NCBI GenBank assembly: GCA_026770705.1
Contig: JANJGN010000022.1
Span: 19,468,001-19,532,000, forward strand
Reading direction: 5' to 3'
Length of the DNA: 64,000 bases
DNA from: Isurus oxyrinchus
Taxonomy: Eukaryota
Position 1 is the stretch's first letter; each line of letters starts with the position of its first letter. The position numbers and the translations under genes are program-made. This document shows positions 1 to 14,220 of this stretch, piece by piece. The notes beneath the pieces were generated by a model that saw nothing but the letters and a program-made list of their open reading frames with translations, searched no databases and was not told where the DNA came from.

Positions 1-3000
1 CAATGTGAAATGTTGCAGCTTTCAGGATTTGAGAACTGTATTTGTTGAACACTTTAAAATTGCAGTACAGTATTTGTCTTGCTTGTAAATGCCACTTACT
101 TAATGATCTGCTTATATAAATCTTTAAGCCAGAGTGTCCATTCTATTCAGGAATTCCTATTTTACATCTATTTGTGGAAAATCTAAATATACTGTCTAAC
201 TGTTCAATTTAACCTTTAGACTGCCTTGTATCTTGTAATCATGAAACCATCTTTGAAATCATGTAGTATATGGTGGTCCAAAAGTTAAATAAAATCCAGA
301 ATGTGTTTTGTCAAATGGAAATAATTACTCTGTTTTCTACCTTGCTCCTGTTGCAGTGGTGGTATTATAAGGGCATTTATTTAGGTCATTGTGTAAATGT
401 TAATGTCTGTGCTACACTGGCAACAAATACATATAGAAATAGTTTTTAAATAAGTTTAATCCTGTTAATAGGCTAGATGCTATGTTGAAATATTGTGGAA
501 TTTCAGATTAAATTGAACTTTGATTTAGTAGAATGAAGGTGTTCTTTGTCAGATGGATGTTAAGGGTATTCATTGAAATGACTAGTTTCAGTTCAGTTCC
601 TAATGAACATGAGTCCACAGCACAAGACTGTTTTAGCAATCAGCTGAGCACTGTGCTCAGAACATAATGAAGTGCATGGCGTTGTTAGGTGTTACTGTGT
701 GTTTATAGATATGGACTTCAGTTTAGCACATTGCTTGAAATATTCTTAGAAACTATTGTTGTAGGCCTGAGAGAAAGCAAAGTTTGAATTTGGGCTGCTG
801 CAACTTGCGCTTTCTCCTAGCCCCAACATGAAATTTTATTAACACTACCAAGTGTTATCAGATGCAAGTGCCAACTGGGGATTTATTTATATAGATTGTT
901 GCCAGCATGCCATATTATATCCGTATAAGACTGTTATGGAGCAGGAATCTATTTTGGTTTTATGTGGAGGTTGGGAAAAACCAAAGAAGAAAAATTTGGG
1001 TGGTGGGGGTGAGGTTTCCAGGTGCTGCGTGATAGTATGTAGATCTTACACGAGTAATAATACTGTACATTTCATTTACAATGACTTTTGTTTCAGAATG
1101 CTTGTTATAAATCCAAGAAGTTTTATATCGAAGCATTATGTTCTGGTTCTTCAGCACAAGCGAATATTTTGTCCAGCCCTACCATTCATTGCTATCTCAT
1201 CATAGCTACAAAATGTATTTTTTAAAAATGCTTTCAACATAAATTCTTCCATGAGCACATTTAAATAGAAGCTGTTGGTACTTAAAGTTGTCTGTTTTAG
1301 TTATAAAATGGGTGGAAGTAAATGTGCTGAGAGTGGCCCATTCTTACAACGGGATTTACTTTGCCCGAAAGACTGAAAACCTAAAGCTAAACCTCAACCT
1401 ACATATCCTGCCTGCTAACTTAATGTGCTTTTACTGAAGTTTGATGAGAGATTTTATTTTGCCCTTTCGCGGGAAAATCTAAATCATGTTACATTGTGGA
1501 GATGCACATTTCGGCAGCTGGACATAAATTTGATTTTGATATTCCCCCATTTTAAAAATGGGACATGCTTTGTATTTGATCATTCTCTTTCAAGCAAACA
1601 TTGTGGTCAACAGACTGCATGTCTGTCAAACGCAGTATGAAGGAACCAAAAGGAAGCTAGTGGTTTTAGCAAATAGATACAGAAGCTTAAAGGAAGCCTG
1701 GCTCTTGATTCACATAAACATGTTAGAGAGCTGTGATCCAGTACTAATTAAGCAAAGGAAATTTTCTTTCATGTCTTAATGCCTGGTCCTCAAATTCCTT
1801 CTTAATCAAAAACATGACAAAAGCTTAATTTATCTAACCTTGCTTCCAGTAAATATCCCTGTAGGCAAAAAGAGATCTTTTTGAAGTGACTGTTTTGTTT
1901 AAAATGCTTTGCTACATCAGCTGTTTTTATATAAAAACCTAAGTAATTGACATATCCAAACTACTATTTTTAAATAAATTGGATAAATTGGACTGTTGTT
2001 ACTATTTCTCCTACATTTACTTGTTTTTAAACTAGTGCATTGTGGTAATTCCATTAGGAAGCACTGTGAAGTTATCCGTTCTGAAGTATATAGTGTTGTT
2101 CTACATATCGTTTTCCATAAATGTCAAGTTTAGAAAAGTTATCTTCATATTCTCTGATTAGTTAACTTATAATGATGGATGGTTCTATTATGATATTCAT
2201 CATGGAAATAATTAGTCCCAAAATGTGCTGGTATTGCACGTTTGAATTGCAAAATAATGGTATCAACATTTTTCCATTAAATTTTCCATTGTACTTTTGC
2301 ACTTCAATCAGTTGTATAAATTGATATCATCAATCTCAGAATTCTTTAAAGAACTCATGCCTTGTTAAGCTGGTTTCAACTACTTCACCTCTATTTCTGA
2401 ATTTATTGGATCAGGTCTCGATGGTCTGCTGTTGAACTTGATACTTGTTCGTTATAGGTTGCTTACAGTTGTACTTCTGAAATAAGCATTATTACTTCAT
2501 AATTAATTGTAAATTTTGTGTCCTAAATAAGAACATTTACCCGAATGATGGTGTATAAGAAATGTGGTGAAGCTCAAGTCTAGTTGTGGTTCCATGATGG
2601 AATGCTGGCCTCTGTCAAGAACATGTTAAATACAATTTTGACCAATCTCATCAATAGCAATGTTTTAATAGCCGGTGTTTCTAGTTGGCCCCACAAGTTA
2701 CATCAATGAGTGAACAATCAATCCAGACTCTCATTTACTTGGTCCATCACTGTTTCTAAAAGCAATGTTTTGTTTCAGTATACACAAGTGCATGGAGTTC
2801 AGTCTTACAGTGTAAGTATATAGATATTACACAATTCTGGTATCAGTTTAAAAAAGAAAGTCCACTCCACAAGGCAGCTAATCTGAAGCGCAATATTTGA
2901 GGAAGTGAATTTGTTCAAGATCTAAATCTCACTGACAGTCTAGGAAATCTTCATTTAGATTCAATGAAGGATCACAACTGAATTGTGTTTAAGCAGTTTT

Positions 3001-5329
3001 GATCTCATTTCAGCTCATTTCTTAAAAGTGTGCTGAATTTAGCATGTAATTCGGTATCCATTTCCTGTCAGGCCCAATATTAAAGTGGTAAAGAGTGGAA
3101 TCATAAAACTCATACCACAGCTGGTGCTTTACTGTGGCAGAGGTGCGTAAGTCCAAAACAACATGAGGAGAACATTTCTGTAAGACCATATGTATTTTGA
3201 TTTTGTAAGACCTTGAGGTGAGACAGTGACAACAATCATACTTTACTCAAACAAGCAGGTTTATTCAGTTACCAAACAGTAATTTTATTCAGTAAAAAGT
3301 GTTTATGCTTATGCCTGCAGAGTACACTTCAGAATATAGGTTGAGCAAATTTTTGTTCTGAGACAACCAGTGACCATCTTGTAGATAGTTCTCAGTACTG
3401 AGAAATTATCTACTTGGCATCAATACCATTTGCTCTCCTGCCTCTATCTCAACTTATCCTCCTTTTATACCAGCTCAAGTTGTTACTAAATAAGGCATGG
3501 TCCGTCTGCTCCTCCCAAGAACCTTTTGTTACCATATAAGTTGTTTTTCTACATTGCTAATCACTTCTGGCCTCTTGGTTAAGGAGTTTGCTTTTGAGAT
3601 TGCTGAACTGGTAGTTCACTCATCATTCTGCTGTTTTAGTTGTTGCATTGCTTGTTATCACGTTCTTACAGTTCATTATCATGATGAATCCTGGTTCTTA
3701 TCGTTCTGCACCAAGCATGTGCTGCACCAGACTTGGGAATGTGGGAAACTGGCACAGAATGTATAATGGGAAAGTGTTCTATTTTCAGAGCTGTCATCCT
3801 TAATTTTGAAGAAAACCACACACTGTTCTTCGTGAAATGCACAATGAGTCTGTTGTAAAGTAAGATGTATGGAGATGTAAAGATAAGAGCAATACTTAAA
3901 GGTTTGATGTACTTTATCTTACAAGGCCAACCCAATAAAACCTATGATGGGTTATGATATTTGTGAACTGCCCAGTTTTATACGCAAAAGTATAGTATGC
4001 CTTCGAGTATGTGCACTAAAACCTCATGAATATTGATCCTGTTGAAGTTTGCACTTCCAGTTTGTTTGCTGAAAGAAGAAATTCCATCTGCATTATTTGT
4101 GAATTTGCATTAATGTTCATTTTGATGTTTGTGGTAAGCACAATTGTGAAACAAATTCTTAACAAGGCTACTGCTCTTCTTTGACCTATATTTGAAAACT
4201 GATAATTCATGCATATTCATTTCTATAGTATAACCTAGTTTATGGTGTTCTCAGATATAAAATGTTTGCATTTGTTGAATCTGGGAGAAGGTTTGCCAAA
4301 GGTTTTTCCATTATTCATGTTATGCCTTTGAATCTTTACTGAAGGTAAAACCTGACTAAACACTGAAGGGAGACTTTGTTTACATTCAAAAGAGGTTTTG
4401 TTTACAATTGAAAAATTAATTCTACAGATTATCCTTACCCTCGATATATTGGGCAGGACTGTGATATTCTCTATGTTACTAAGTGATACTCTTTGATTCA
4501 ATGATGAGGAGCCTGCCTGTCTGTCCGCGGTGGAGAGAGAAGAGCAAGGAGCCCAGAAACTTGGCAATTTCTCCTATGCTTCTAATTGTTTCAACCCCTT
4601 GGTACCAATGGAGTAGCAAGGCCCTTGATTACACAGTAAAAAGCATATTTTTCCTATTATTGGACATGCAATTATCCTTGATTATACAATAAATAATTTC
4701 AACTATTATTTGGTCTACTTTGATCATTTTAAATTAGGACATTAATTTTAATATTTGCATTATATATTTTGAAAGATTAAATTTATGTGCTGGCCAGCAA
4801 TAAGATTCTGGTTTTAGATGCACCTTTTAACCATGAAAGGTGGCTTGCTCTCTCAAGGGATTAAAGCTACATAACTTTTACACATGCTTCAATCATCTTT
4901 CAAATGTGGAATTACCTGTTCAATCTCAGGCTTTTTTCTTCCAAAGAATAATGTGAATCTTAATTTGTTTGATTTGAGAAATAAAGAGATGGAAAATTCT
5001 ACTGTCTTGGTAAACTTTTTCTTAATATGAATTGTTCCATTTATACAGCATTTAAAACATATTAAAATACTTGGCCTGAGGGCAGCACTGTGAAAATTTA
5101 CCTTTATTCAGTATGCAAAGACAAATGCAGATGGCCGTTGTGGGGTGGAGGTGGGGTGGGGAAGGGAGGGGAGGGTGCGTTTATTTAACCTGTCTAGCTC
5201 ATTCTTCCACAGAAGGCAGTGATGTCATTTCCTCAATCTTGAACTTGATTTCCACGAATGGCCGTTTGTCTTGTAGTTGAAGTTTAAATTAATATCATAT
5301 TCAGATTTCTCTCTCCTAGTCAGCTTGGT

Positions 5330-6060
5330 ATCTTGCATTGCTGTATGTTCCCTTTCATTTAATTCCTTTCTAGGCTAAAGGGTTTGCATTTCCCTAGCCA
5401 ATCCTCATAATTCAATCGTGCCATTTGAGATCAACCATGCGGTCTTTTTCTGCATTACCTTCAGGGACTGGTTGTTTCCTTCTCATCTGGGTAACCAGAA
5501 CTACACACAGTCCTCAAGGTGTGACCTGGCTAAACATGATTACATCAGACTTACCTTCTGGCAATATGGCTCAGCATTCAGTTTCATTGTTTGCTGGTCC
5601 CCTAGCTGATTCAACATCGACCATTAAGTTAAAGTCTCCCATTCTTTTGTAATATTTAGTGATTTTTAAAAATCTGTTGTCTTTCTGTAAATGTTGTCAA
5701 GATCCTGCTATAGTTTGTTCAATTTGGTTAACAATCCCCACCAACTTCATAACATTTGTGTATTTCACCAAATCAAATTTGATTTCTAAATCCAGGCTTC
5801 AACATTATTCTATACATCCCACTCAGTATATCTCCCCAGCCCAACGTCACTCTCTCAACTAGTACCTGCTATTATTTCTCTTCAGCCAATTCCTTATCTA
5901 TATCCAGGAAAGCTACTTCATTTAGAACTTAAATTAAAAGCTTTCCTGGCACATAGGTAGACTATGCTACACTGTCAACTGGAGAGACACAAGAGTCGAA
6001 CTTCTCTCAACTGAAATCATGCTGACTGCCAATTACTAGGCTATTTTTATTCTGCTAATC
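5330..6060 (-). mobile_element. Highly decayed CR1 LINE RT fragment
   Basis: 'ccagaactacacacagtcctcaaggtgtgacct' resembles the antisense LVRPQLEYCVQFW segment of the younger CR1 copy at 11720-11760. Confidence 0.45.
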
Positions 6061-6519
6061 CTACAGGTTGTTTATAGCAACTCTATTATTTTTGCAATAT
6101 ATACACTGGCACAAATATGTCCTGTCAATGCTGACAAACCAAACCCCTTTCTGATGGCACATTTCCAGTTGATGTGGATAAATTTATACTCTCTCTCAGC
6201 TCTTTGCAATCAAATCTACCTGCAAGGAAATGCCAAATCTTTTTGTTCATTGTGTTTTTTTCTAACTGCATAGCTAAAATCAAGGAATTATTTGTACAAT
6301 GCCATTCCCTATTATTCTGGCATAGAATGTTGTAATGCTAATCACCTTTCCATATAAAATCCAATCCTTGAATTGCGGGCCCTTAGTATTTGATGCAATA
6401 TGTTTTGTTTAGTGTTTTAATGTATTTTCCAGTGTCCTTATGGTACAATTGTTCTAAGCCAATAAAATATCTCAGGAATAAGATTCACATGCAAAAATGC
6501 ATGGCTATAGTGGAATTTT

Positions 6520-6670
6520 TTTTTGTTTGTTCATGGGATGTTAAGGTTACTGGTATGGCCAGCATCTATTACCCATCTTGAATTATCCACCACCACCTTG
6601 AACTGCTGCAGTCTGTAAGTACACCCACAGTGGTGTTAGCGAGAGAATTCAGGATTTTGACCCATTACCT
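6520..6670 (-). mobile_element. 3' end fragment of a CR1-clade LINE (same family as 25730 and 48170)
   Basis: 'ttcatgggatgt...ggccagcatctattacccatc' matches the copies at 25740 and 48185. Confidence 0.5.
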
Positions 6671-6699
6671 ATATTTGTATCACCTAACATTAGGATATT

Positions 6700-6910
6700 A
6701 TATAGCCTTCCATCCTCTGTAAACTTGAGGTCATCCAAAACTCTGTTGTTCATCTCCTAATTCACATCAGGTTCTCTTTAACAATCACTCCTGAGTTCAC
6801 TGGCCTACAATGGCTTCCAGTTAAGCAACCCCTCTTTTTTAAAAAAAAAATTCACCTCAATTTTCAAATCCCTTCATAGCCTCGCTCCTTCCTAATTCTA
6901 TAACCTCTTC
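6700..6910 (+). mobile_element. L2-type LINE fragment
   Basis: Aligns by eye to 15660-15860 (taaacttgag...tggcttccagttaagcaa...ttttcaaatcccttcatagcct). Confidence 0.55.
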
Positions 6911-7121
6911 TAGCACTTAAAGTAGTGTTTGTTTGATGAAAGGCATCACATGGGATAAAATACAATGTCTGGACTCCTTCAGGCACCTTTGTTAGAGAAA
7001 GTATAAAGAAATTGCTATAGTTAATCTTTAAATGGATTGATGTCTAATACTACCACATTTACCAAAAATATAAACTAGTTGAAGTACTTAAGGAATTGGC
7101 ACTTAATGACAAATTTCCTTT

Positions 7122-8170
7122 AGTAATGACCAGGATGGAGGAGTGCACAGTTGACCTTGCCCCACTGCTCCAGAAGTCGCAACATTAATTTAAATATTCA
7201 ATTCACTCACCCAAAATGGCCAATTATTTACCTTCACTGCTGTTACCCAGAATAAAAGAGACTTTTACCAAGCTTCTTTCAATAAACAACAAACCTATTA
7301 GTTTATTATGAAGCTAATCACGTTGAATAGAAAGGCAAAACTTACAGTATGGAATATGAAATTATACTAATTACTCTTTCAGAATCCCCTAATTACTCTT
7401 TCAGAATCCTCTAAGTCTCTCTCTCGCACACACTTAAAAAATGCAATGAAATAAAAATAGAAATTGAGGAATTCGGCTAAAAGTTAAAAGTCAATGGTTT
7501 AAAGGCAAAGGATAGATGGTGGACTTCTTGAAATGGCATCCAGGTTATTTTTGGTGTGTCAACACTGATCCGCGAAACAATCAATGACTCTAGCACTGCT
7601 TTTCAGGTGGATTCCAGGAATACTCAAAGCTACCCTATTCCAACATGTAAGCATCTTGTAATCAGCTTTTATTCATTTCTGGTTCTGGACTGAAAAAAGG
7701 TTGCTGTCTTCCTTCTCAAGCAGTTGGTCCTTCTCTTCTCAAAGCTGAACCAACCCCCACTTTTTAAAATAATCTTCCAGGCAATTTTTGTTCTTTTCAG
7801 AGCCATAAAAATCATGTGACCCACCTCCTTTGTACCCAGGCCACTAGGGTCGAGGGGTTTACGGTTTTTTTCCCAACTGCTTAATTACCCTTCCTGGTAA
7901 AAAGGTGCTTTTGGCAAGAATAGCAATTGGAGTCCTGTATTAACCCTTTAAGGGGCATTGTCTTTCAGACACCAATGCTTCCAGAATGTCCTTGAAGATG
8001 AATCATTTTCTATGATTAAGATGTTCATGGCATGTAGAACCCAATAGGGTAATTATCAGAATCCATTACCCTTTCTGATTTTTAATACTTTTAACAATAC
8101 AATTAGGCATAGCATTGTTCAGAACATTTGGTGAACAAGTAGAATAATTAATTATTGAAGTTCTGTTATT
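7122..8170. mobile_element. Probable old solo LTR
   Basis: Starts '(a)gtaatgaccagg..gagga' like the element at 18596, with a similar internal layout. The right boundary is uncertain. Confidence 0.3.
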
Positions 8171-11100
8171 TTAAAACACCTATACAAACTAAAGAATAAG
8201 TATAACAAAAGGAAGAGGCAATTCAGCTTGCTCCATCTTACTCCATTAAATAGAGGATGATACACAGGTGCTATTATGTTATTTGTAGTTATCCTAGTAG
8301 CTTTACTTATATTGTGAACTATACATGGGAGTGGTACAGACAGGAAGGGATTTAATTTTAACAGCCTTGATCTTTCCTATCAATGCCCTTCCATAAACAG
8401 AAAAGTGTTTTGATTTGCTTCCTCCTTTATAAGCTGTGGTGTATTTCCCAACCCCTCCGTTTTTGGTGATTCAATTTTCTATTATTAACTCAACAGCACA
8501 CAAGAGATAGGATGAATTCAAATGTTTGTACACACTCAAACATAGGAGGAGGGTCACACTAAAAGAGGGTGTGCAGTAAAAGAGGGATAGAGAAAAGATC
8601 ACAAAGAATTAATGACTTACATGTGTCCAGAGTCCAGAATCAAAGTCCAATGAAGTATTCCTTCATGGAGGTCAACAGGCTGGAAACCAATGCTGTATAA
8701 TTCACTTTTCCATTGGAGTTGACTCCACATGAGATAGGCACACAGAGATGAATCAGTCTTGTAGGCAATGGTGCTGAAGTTCCAGTAGAAACAGTGTAGA
8801 TGGGAGCAGGTATTTGTTCTGGGCAGAGCCCCCTTTTTTCTGTACTGCTGCTTATAGATGGTAAGATGGCATTCTGAGCTTTGCAGTTCCTCCAGTCAAT
8901 GTTACTGGTTCCACCAGCTAGAGGCTCATATCACATGACTTCCACTTTTCACAGTGTCTTTGACAAAGAAAAGGGTCTGTATACCCTGTCTGGGGTCCCT
9001 GAGATAGTTAAATGTTCCAACCATTAAGACTTGAAAGGAAGTTTGCAGGTTCCTTTGTCCTAACAGACGAATAGACTCCAGTTGGCCAACCTGGGTTAGG
9101 AAATGCAGATAGCCTTTGTATAGTTCTTTTTGAATTAGGTCTGTGCAGCCCACAGGGGTAGGATTAGTATCTCTTCAGAAATAACAAGTTGCAAGTTTCC
9201 CTGATACTGCCAGCAATCTCCTTTTGTTGAAGGGTCACGGACAGACACAGCTTCAGCCGTTTTCAAAGGTCTTTGTCCAGTATTTAAAATTTTAGAAATT
9301 AGCCATGAGGCTATCTATACATATTTTATAAAAAATATATAGTGTGAGGTCTTAGTCTCCTGATAGGAGATACAAAGAGATGAGCCGATATATTAGTAAA
9401 AATATAGAGGAAGAACCGGTTGAAGAATATTTTACCCTTGTTGTATATCAAAAATGCAAAATACCCATCTAACATTTCTTTTCATGCCCAAGAAATTTAA
9501 TTCTTTCCAGTCTTATGTTCTTTTGGGATTTCTATTACAGAAATCGCATGGAGCAGTGGGAGGAATGATGATTTTGTTAAAATTAATAAATACTTTTGAA
9601 ATAAATTTCAATTACCTTTTTGCCTTACATTTTTAAATTGCTGAATACATAATAAAATGACAAGTCCCTGAGTCTATTTGTATTTATATCACAACTGCAT
9701 TTGCAAATAACCCAAAAATTGCCCTGGATTTTCCTCTTCAGTAGATTTGCTGTAGTAAATGAAGTAAAATATCCTCCCAAAAAAAGCAGCTGTTTTATTT
9801 TAAGGCCAGCCAGAAGCACAATCCATCATATATTAGGGTCAAGAGGACTAGCCCTCCAAGCCATTTTCCTCAATTTCAGCCTCATAATTACAGCCATTAT
9901 ATAAGTAGCAGTGGTAGATGCAGTAAAGAACCCTTGAACGAGGGACCACAATGAGGAGATTATGTTGTAAGCTGCTACTAAGGGTTGGTGTTAATTTGCC
10001 TGCATATTATCTCATTAGTACTTTTGGAGGTTCAGTCAGAACTTCTGCTGCTGGTTTCACTCAGCTTTGCTCAAATTACCGCTTTGCATGCTGACATGGA
10101 TTTGCCAATAGGGGTACCTCTATTTTACCCTGAAGAGAAGAATATAGAAGAGTCTGGATGTGAGGCTTCGAGTTAGGCTTTACAATTTCCTACACTTAAT
10201 ACCCATTCAGCAGGGACTACAGAAGGTCAGTCTTTTTTTTAATGTCAATGCCTCAACAGGCTGCACTCTGGTCTGAGGAAAGCCAAAAATTTGCAGCCCC
10301 TTCTACACAGAAGCAAAACTATCTGAGCCAATAAATTTCACCACTGCCCTGAATGTTTTTGTAGTTGGGTCCTTCCAGGCAGTCTCTGGCAATTTTTGTT
10401 GATTCAGATCCTTCATCATGGGCACGAACCAAAAGCAAAAGTGTACATATCTATTTTGACAGACTTAAGGTTCCTGCAGCTGCAAGCAATGATTGACAAA
10501 GTGCATGTGGCACTCAAACCTTATATGACAGCTTCCTCAATCTTATGCATACGAAAGCTTTCATTCTATTACTGCCAATTTGTGTGCTGAACGAATCACT
10601 TTTGTCTGCATATTATCTTGTTTAGTACTTTGGAGGAAAAACAGAGCTTTTGCTGTTGATTTTATTTAGCTTGCATACTATTTCACTGATATAAACCTTG
10701 GCTTAGTGGTAGCAGTCTTGCTCCTAGATGATCAGTGTTCACCCTTGCAGTCAGGGTTGTGGTTCCAGCAAAGGTTTTACAAACAGTTGGGAAGTGACAA
10801 ATACAACAGGGTGAGGGCCAATTCCAGAATTGTCTAATAGGACACATAGTGGTGAGAAATTGGATTTGTCAGCACCTGTTCTTGGCTGATACAACTGCCC
10901 TTAGAAATCCAAAATGATGTCTGTGATGGATGTATGTACACTTGTGGGGCAAATCACCTTGGACACCATATTGGTGCAGGTGTTGGCTTGCGTGCAGTAA
11001 ATATCCATTGTGAATGTTCAGAGCATACAGACCATGATGATGTGGAGCAGTGTGCAACACTGATTTGATGCCACCAACACCTCCTCTAATCTTGCACAGC

Positions 11101-11177
11101 CAAACACGTGTTCAGCAGCATGAAGTACCCTCATCCAGCACTACTAAAAGGGATTTTCAACTACTTACAGATAAGTT

Positions 11178-13383
11178 CTCAGAATTGCACAGTGCAGAAG
11201 AGGCCCTTCGGCCCATCGAGTCTGTACCAACATGTGAGAAACACCTAACCTATCTACCTAATCCCATTTCCCAGCACTTGGCCCATAGCCTTGAATGTTA
11301 TGAACTGCCAAGTGCTCATCCAGGTACTTTTTAAAGGATGTGAGGCAACCCGCCTCCACCATCCTCCCAGGCAGCGCATTCCAGACCATCACCACCCACT
11401 GGGTAAAAAGGTTTTTCCTCACACCCCCTTCCCCCCCCCCCCCCCCCCCCCATACCACCTGCCCCTCACCTTGAACTTATGTCCCCTCATGACTGACCCT
11501 TCAACCAAGAGAAACAGCTGCTTCCTATCCACACTGTCCATGCCCCTCATAATCTTGTACACCACCATCAGGTCGCCCCTCAGTCTTCTCTGCTCCAACG
11601 AAAACAATCCAAGTCCATCCAACCTCTCTTCATAACTTAAATGTTTCATCCCAGGCAACATCCTGGTGAATCTCCTCTGCACCCCGCTCCAGTGCTTTCA
11701 CATCCTTCCTATAAAGTGGTGATCAGAACTGCACACACTACTCCAGCTGTGGCCTCACCAAGGTTCTATACAACTCTAACATGATCTCCCTACTTTTGTG
11801 ATCTATGCCTCGAGTGATAAAGACAAATGTCCCATATGCCTTTTTCATCACCCCACCAACATGCCCCTCCACCTTCAGAGATCTATGGATACACAAACCA
11901 AGGTCCCTTTGTTCCTCAGAACATCCTAGTGTCATGCTGTTCATTAAATAATTCCTTGTAAAATTATTCCTTCCAAAGTGTATCACCTCACACTTTTCAG
12001 GGTTAAATTCCATCTGCCACTTATCTGCCCATATGACCATCCTGTCTATATCTGCCTGTAGCCCAAGACACTCAACCTCACTGTTAACCACCCAGCCAAT
12101 CTTTGTGTCATCTGCAAACTTACTAATCCTAACCCCCCCCCCCCCCCCCCCCCACATAGTCACCTATGTCATTTATATAAATGACAAATAATAGGGGACC
12201 TAGCACAGATCCCTGTGGTATGCCACTGGACACTGGCTTCCAGTCACTAAAGCATCCTTCTGTCATCACCCTCTGACTCCTACAACTAAGCCAATTTTGA
12301 ATCCACCTTATCAAATTACCCTGTATTCCATGTGCATTTGCCTTCTTTATAAGCCTCCCATGTGAGACCTTGTCAAAGGCTTTGCTGAAATCCATATAAA
12401 CAAATCAACTGCACTACCTTCATCTACACACCTGGTCACCCCCTCAAAAAAATTCAAATTTGTTAGGCATGACCTCCCTCTGACAAAGCCATGCTGACTA
12501 TCCCTGATCAAATCTTGCCTCTCCAAATGGAGATAGATACTCTTCTTCAGAATTTTCTCCAATAGTTTCACTACCACTGACATGAGACTCACTGGCCTGT
12601 AGCTCCCTGACTTATCTCTGCAACCTTTCTTAAATGGCAGAACCACATTAGCTGTTTTTGAGTCCTCTGGCACCTCCCCAGTGGCCAGAGAGGAATTAAA
12701 AATTTGGGTCAGAGCCCCTGCGATCTCCTCCCTTGCCTCCCTCAGCAGACTGGGACATAAATCATCTGGACCTGGAGATTTATCTACTTTTAAGCCTGCC
12801 AACACCTCCAATACCTTGTCACTCCCTATATAAATTTGATCAAGAACCTCGAGTTCCATACCTTCATTTTCATTCTCTTGTGTGAAGACGGATTGAAGTA
12901 TTTGTTCAACATTCTACTGAAGACCTCTGGCTCCACCCATAGATTGCCCCCTTGGTCCCTATTAGGCCCTACTCTTTCCCTGGTTATCCTCTTCCCATTC
13001 ATATACTTATAGAATATCTTGGGATTTTCCCTACTTTTACCAGCCAGAGCTTTCTCATATCCCCTCTTTGCTCTCCTAATTGCTTCCTTATGCTCCACGC
13101 TGCACTTTCTGTACTCCACTAATGCCTCCACTGATTTGCTCCTCTTGTACCTGCTAAAAGCCTCTCTTTTCCTTCTCATCATATTCTGAATATCTGTATC
13201 TCTGGTCATCCATGGTTCTCTGCGCTTGTTACTCCTCCCTATCACCCGAGAGGGAACATGTTGAGCCTGTACCCTCCCCATTTCCTTCTTGAACACCCCC
13301 CATTGCTCCTCTGTAGATTTCTCCACAAGTAGCTGTTCCCAGTCTACCTTGGCCAGATCCTGCCTTATTTTACTAAAATGCAC
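11178..13383 (-). mobile_element. 5'-truncated CR1 (L3) LINE, ORF2 RT region plus 3' UTR, frameshifted
   Basis: Minus-strand ORFs give KSPGPDD, YRPVSL, QHGFVRGRSCLTNL, DFSKAFDKVSH, GIPQGSVLGPLLF, KFADDTK, LYRTLVRPQLE and QRRFTRMLPG..RRLRGDL. The CR1 3' end includes 'cttcggcccatcgag'. Confidence 0.95.
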
Positions 13384-13619
13384 TGGTTGTTTCTGATTGT
13401 TACTATGATGCAACAAGGGTTGGTACTTTCTATAGTTGGTTCAAAATGCAAGTCTACAGGGAATGCTGTGACAGGTGCTGAAGAATGTTTTTTTTTACTT
13501 CGAAGCTTCTGCACAAACCAATTGCTTCCAGATATGGGAGAACATGAATAGTCAGCAATCCCCTTGAATTAGAGCATGACTTGGAGAGTATAGAGATATT
13601 ACAAAGACAAGATGGACTG

Positions 13620-13975
13620 CTGGAAGAGGGGAGGAAGAGAGGGTATCTAATCAGGAGGTCATGTCACCCAGGTAGGAGAACAATTCCACCTGAACCTCAT
13701 TTAAGAAACCAGGTATGAGACACATCTGCATCAGGAAGGATGTCCTTATTGAAATCTGCCTCCTACTGCAGCTACTTTGCAAACTCAGAGCAGGGCAAAA
13801 ACACATCACCAGTGGATGTAAAGGTGACTGTGGTGATGAACTTCTATGCATCTGGCTCCTTCCAGCCTGAAGCTGGAAATATTTGCAACATCTTGCCTTT
13901 TGCTGTCAATATGTTGTGAAAGGAGGTCCCTGAGCCTCTCTATTCAAAGAGTGCTAACGAAATTTTATTCTGCTC
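13620..13975 (+). mobile_element. Harbinger (HARBI1-like) transposase N-terminal fragment, degenerate
   Basis: Manual translation IRKDVLIEICLLLQ...SPVDVKVTVVMNFYASGSFQPEAGNICNI matches the HARBI1-family L.FYA.GSFQ motif. Confidence 0.7.
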
Positions 13976-13984
13976 TACCAGAAG

Positions 13985-14220
13985 AAGTATTTGACAAAGT
14001 ATCACATAAAACACTGGTTAACAAAATTGAGGCTAATGGAATAGGGGGTATCAGTGTTAGCTTGGATAAAAAATTGGTTTAAGGACAGAAAGAATTGAGT
14101 AATGGTATATGGTTGTTTCTTAGACTGGAGGATGGTAGAAAGTGGTGTTCCCTAAGGGTCAGTGCTTGGACCATTGTTTTTGTTTCGATATATATAAATG
14201 ACTTGGATACTAGTGTACAA
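13985..14220 (+). mobile_element. CR1 RT fragment
   Basis: FDKVSHKTLVNKIEANGI ... SGVP*GSVLGPL. Confidence 0.85.

Noticed and set aside
7367-7412. 21-bp tandem duplication (ctaattactctttcagaatcc twice)
   Set aside because: Ordinary slippage duplication within a probable LTR remnant; no spacers, so not CRISPR-like
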